DNA from: Lytechinus pictus
Taxonomy: Eukaryota
Assembly: GCF_037042905.1 (NCBI RefSeq)
Contig: NC_087250.1
Coordinates: 24,926,001-24,990,000, forward strand
Length of the DNA: 64,000 bases
Reading direction: 5' to 3'
Part shown: positions 62,457 through 64,000 of the stretch, piece after piece
Layout of the letters: every line of letters begins with the position of its first letter
Numbering within the stretch: position 1 is the stretch's first letter
Translations under genes and position numbers: made by a program
The notes under the pieces: model-generated
Told to the model about the DNA's origin: nothing
Databases searched by the model: none
Seen by the model: the letters and a program-made list of their open reading frames with translations, nothing else

Positions 62457-64000
62457 GTAATGCAGTTTTTGCAGTGCCAACAATTAAGTTCTTTTATTCA
62501 CTCTCCAAATTTTTGGTAGACATCTACCTTATTCAGGGAAGATTCGTGAATTGTGACAAGTTTGAATGACAGTTGTTTTTATTAAAGCGTGCGCGATCTC
62601 AGCGGGACAAGGGTAACCACTGCTAGGTGCGCAAAATGCTGTTATGAATGTATAGTGCGCGCTTTTGGGTAATAGACCATTAATGACGTAAGTTACGTAA
62701 TAATAAAAGAGAAAGTCAAGAAGGGGCCTAAGCTTTCGATCCTAGCAGAATCTTCGTCGGAGGCAAAATGATAAAAGATAAAAATAATAAAAGAGTATGA
62801 TTTAGGTTTCGTAACAATAAAAAGATTTCGTAATAAAAAGAGTGTCTAGCTGAGACCGCGCACGCTGCACATTGCACAGAGAGATAATAATAAACAAGAT
62901 AGCAGAATTAAGGAAATTAAGGCAAAGAGGAGAAAGATATGATTATCTATAGAATGTGAATGCGTTGAGCCAAGACAGATCTTTGTTGAGGCCACTTTCA
63001 AACGTGCGGCTTTTGACGATATGTCTCAGCTCAGCCCATTTCCGTTCCTCTGCCGATCTGTATCCTCCGCCGAAGATGCAGACTTTGATATCTTTGACAG
63101 AGTGATTAGGGAGGTTGATGTGAGAAAGAACAAATCATTCCAAAATACTATGCTAGCGTGATTGGTAAGAAAGGGAAATAAACAACAAAGATGACAAAAT
63201 AGCAAACAACAGCGGGAAATTAAGGTAGAATGGAATGAGTCAAAAGTTCTATTGGAAAATTAAGAAAACGGACAAGAAAAAAACAGAGAACTATAAACAC
63301 AACCGGGCTTTTATTTCGTTTTATTTTTTTATTTTGAATTTATTATTATGTTTTTTTCTCTTTTTAGGGGGGTTCTCTCTCCTCCAAATTTAATCATTCA
63401 ATCTTACAAAGACTTGTTGCACAAGGCATTTGCATGTTCTAATTCTTTATCTGTTACTGTGTTAGAATAAAATATTGCTGTGCTTGATATCGATCCGAAT
63501 CAGCATTCATGTTGGAGGTGCCGTGACCGAGTGGTCTAAGGTGCCTGGCTATACATGGAGAGTCCGGGATCGATCCCCGCGGCTACGACACCTTTGCTCT
63601 TATATCCTTCATTCAGATAAATGGAAATGCTTTACGCATTATTTGTAAGTAGGTGTGCACTTGTTTGTTTAAAAAAATGAAAAGCGTATCTCCCCTAATC
63701 TATCCTCTGTTGGAAATAATTATAACGGGACTTTACTCAGGGTACCTCCTCGCTCTTTTTGTTGTAGAATTAAGACGTTTATGTCAAGGTTTTTTTTCTG
63801 CACCACTTTTAGAATCATTATAAACCTTTTTCTATTGCCTTTTTTCATTAATATACCTTTATGTATTTTGTACTAATTTCAAATCATTCCAATGCTGTAA
63901 ATTATACCCCCCCCAATGATCGGTAATAGACGATATTGAACAAATTATTCGCGTTTTTGTTCTCACTGTCTCAATCTAACATAAGCATTAATAAAACATG
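62457..64000 (+). repeat. Direct repeat of bases 1-1546 (segmental tandem duplication, period ~62456 bp)
   Basis: Near-identical by eye: about 4 substitutions (near positions 75, 104, 300 and 1223 of the first copy) and a C10/C8 homopolymer difference. Confidence 0.97.

Overview
AT-rich, repeat-dense metazoan DNA with GT-AG introns. The repeat families and protein type suggest a sea urchin or other echinoderm (inference). The window holds almost exactly one ~62.46-kb unit of an apparent tandem duplication: bases 1-1546 recur at 62457-64000 at about 99.6% identity. The unit carries one minus-strand gene, which I reconstructed by hand from splice sites and intron phases. Exons 1-17 lie at 27157->6242 and the gene runs off the left edge. 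The matching last four exons of the neighbouring copy lie at 61708->59424. Joined, they give a ~4630-aa protein with no evident signal peptide: ~105 ankyrin repeats - ZU5/UPA - DD - DD - acidic linker - DD - DD - ZU5/UPA - DD. Exon 1 is 10.2 kb and holds 86 near-identical 99-bp repeats whose differences concentrate at ligand-contact positions, with nested higher-order duplications. This makes it a candidate diversifying innate-immune or death-signalling receptor. The rest of the window is mobile and repeated DNA: a 5.9-kb foldback Mutator-like element with a decayed FLYWCH transposase, a ~6.8-kb segment bounded by inverted repeats in intron 17, Penelope-like fragments with minimal hammerhead ribozymes, MITEs, tRNA-derived SINEs, palindromes and older local duplications. 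All domain and family names come from motif recognition by eye, not database searches.
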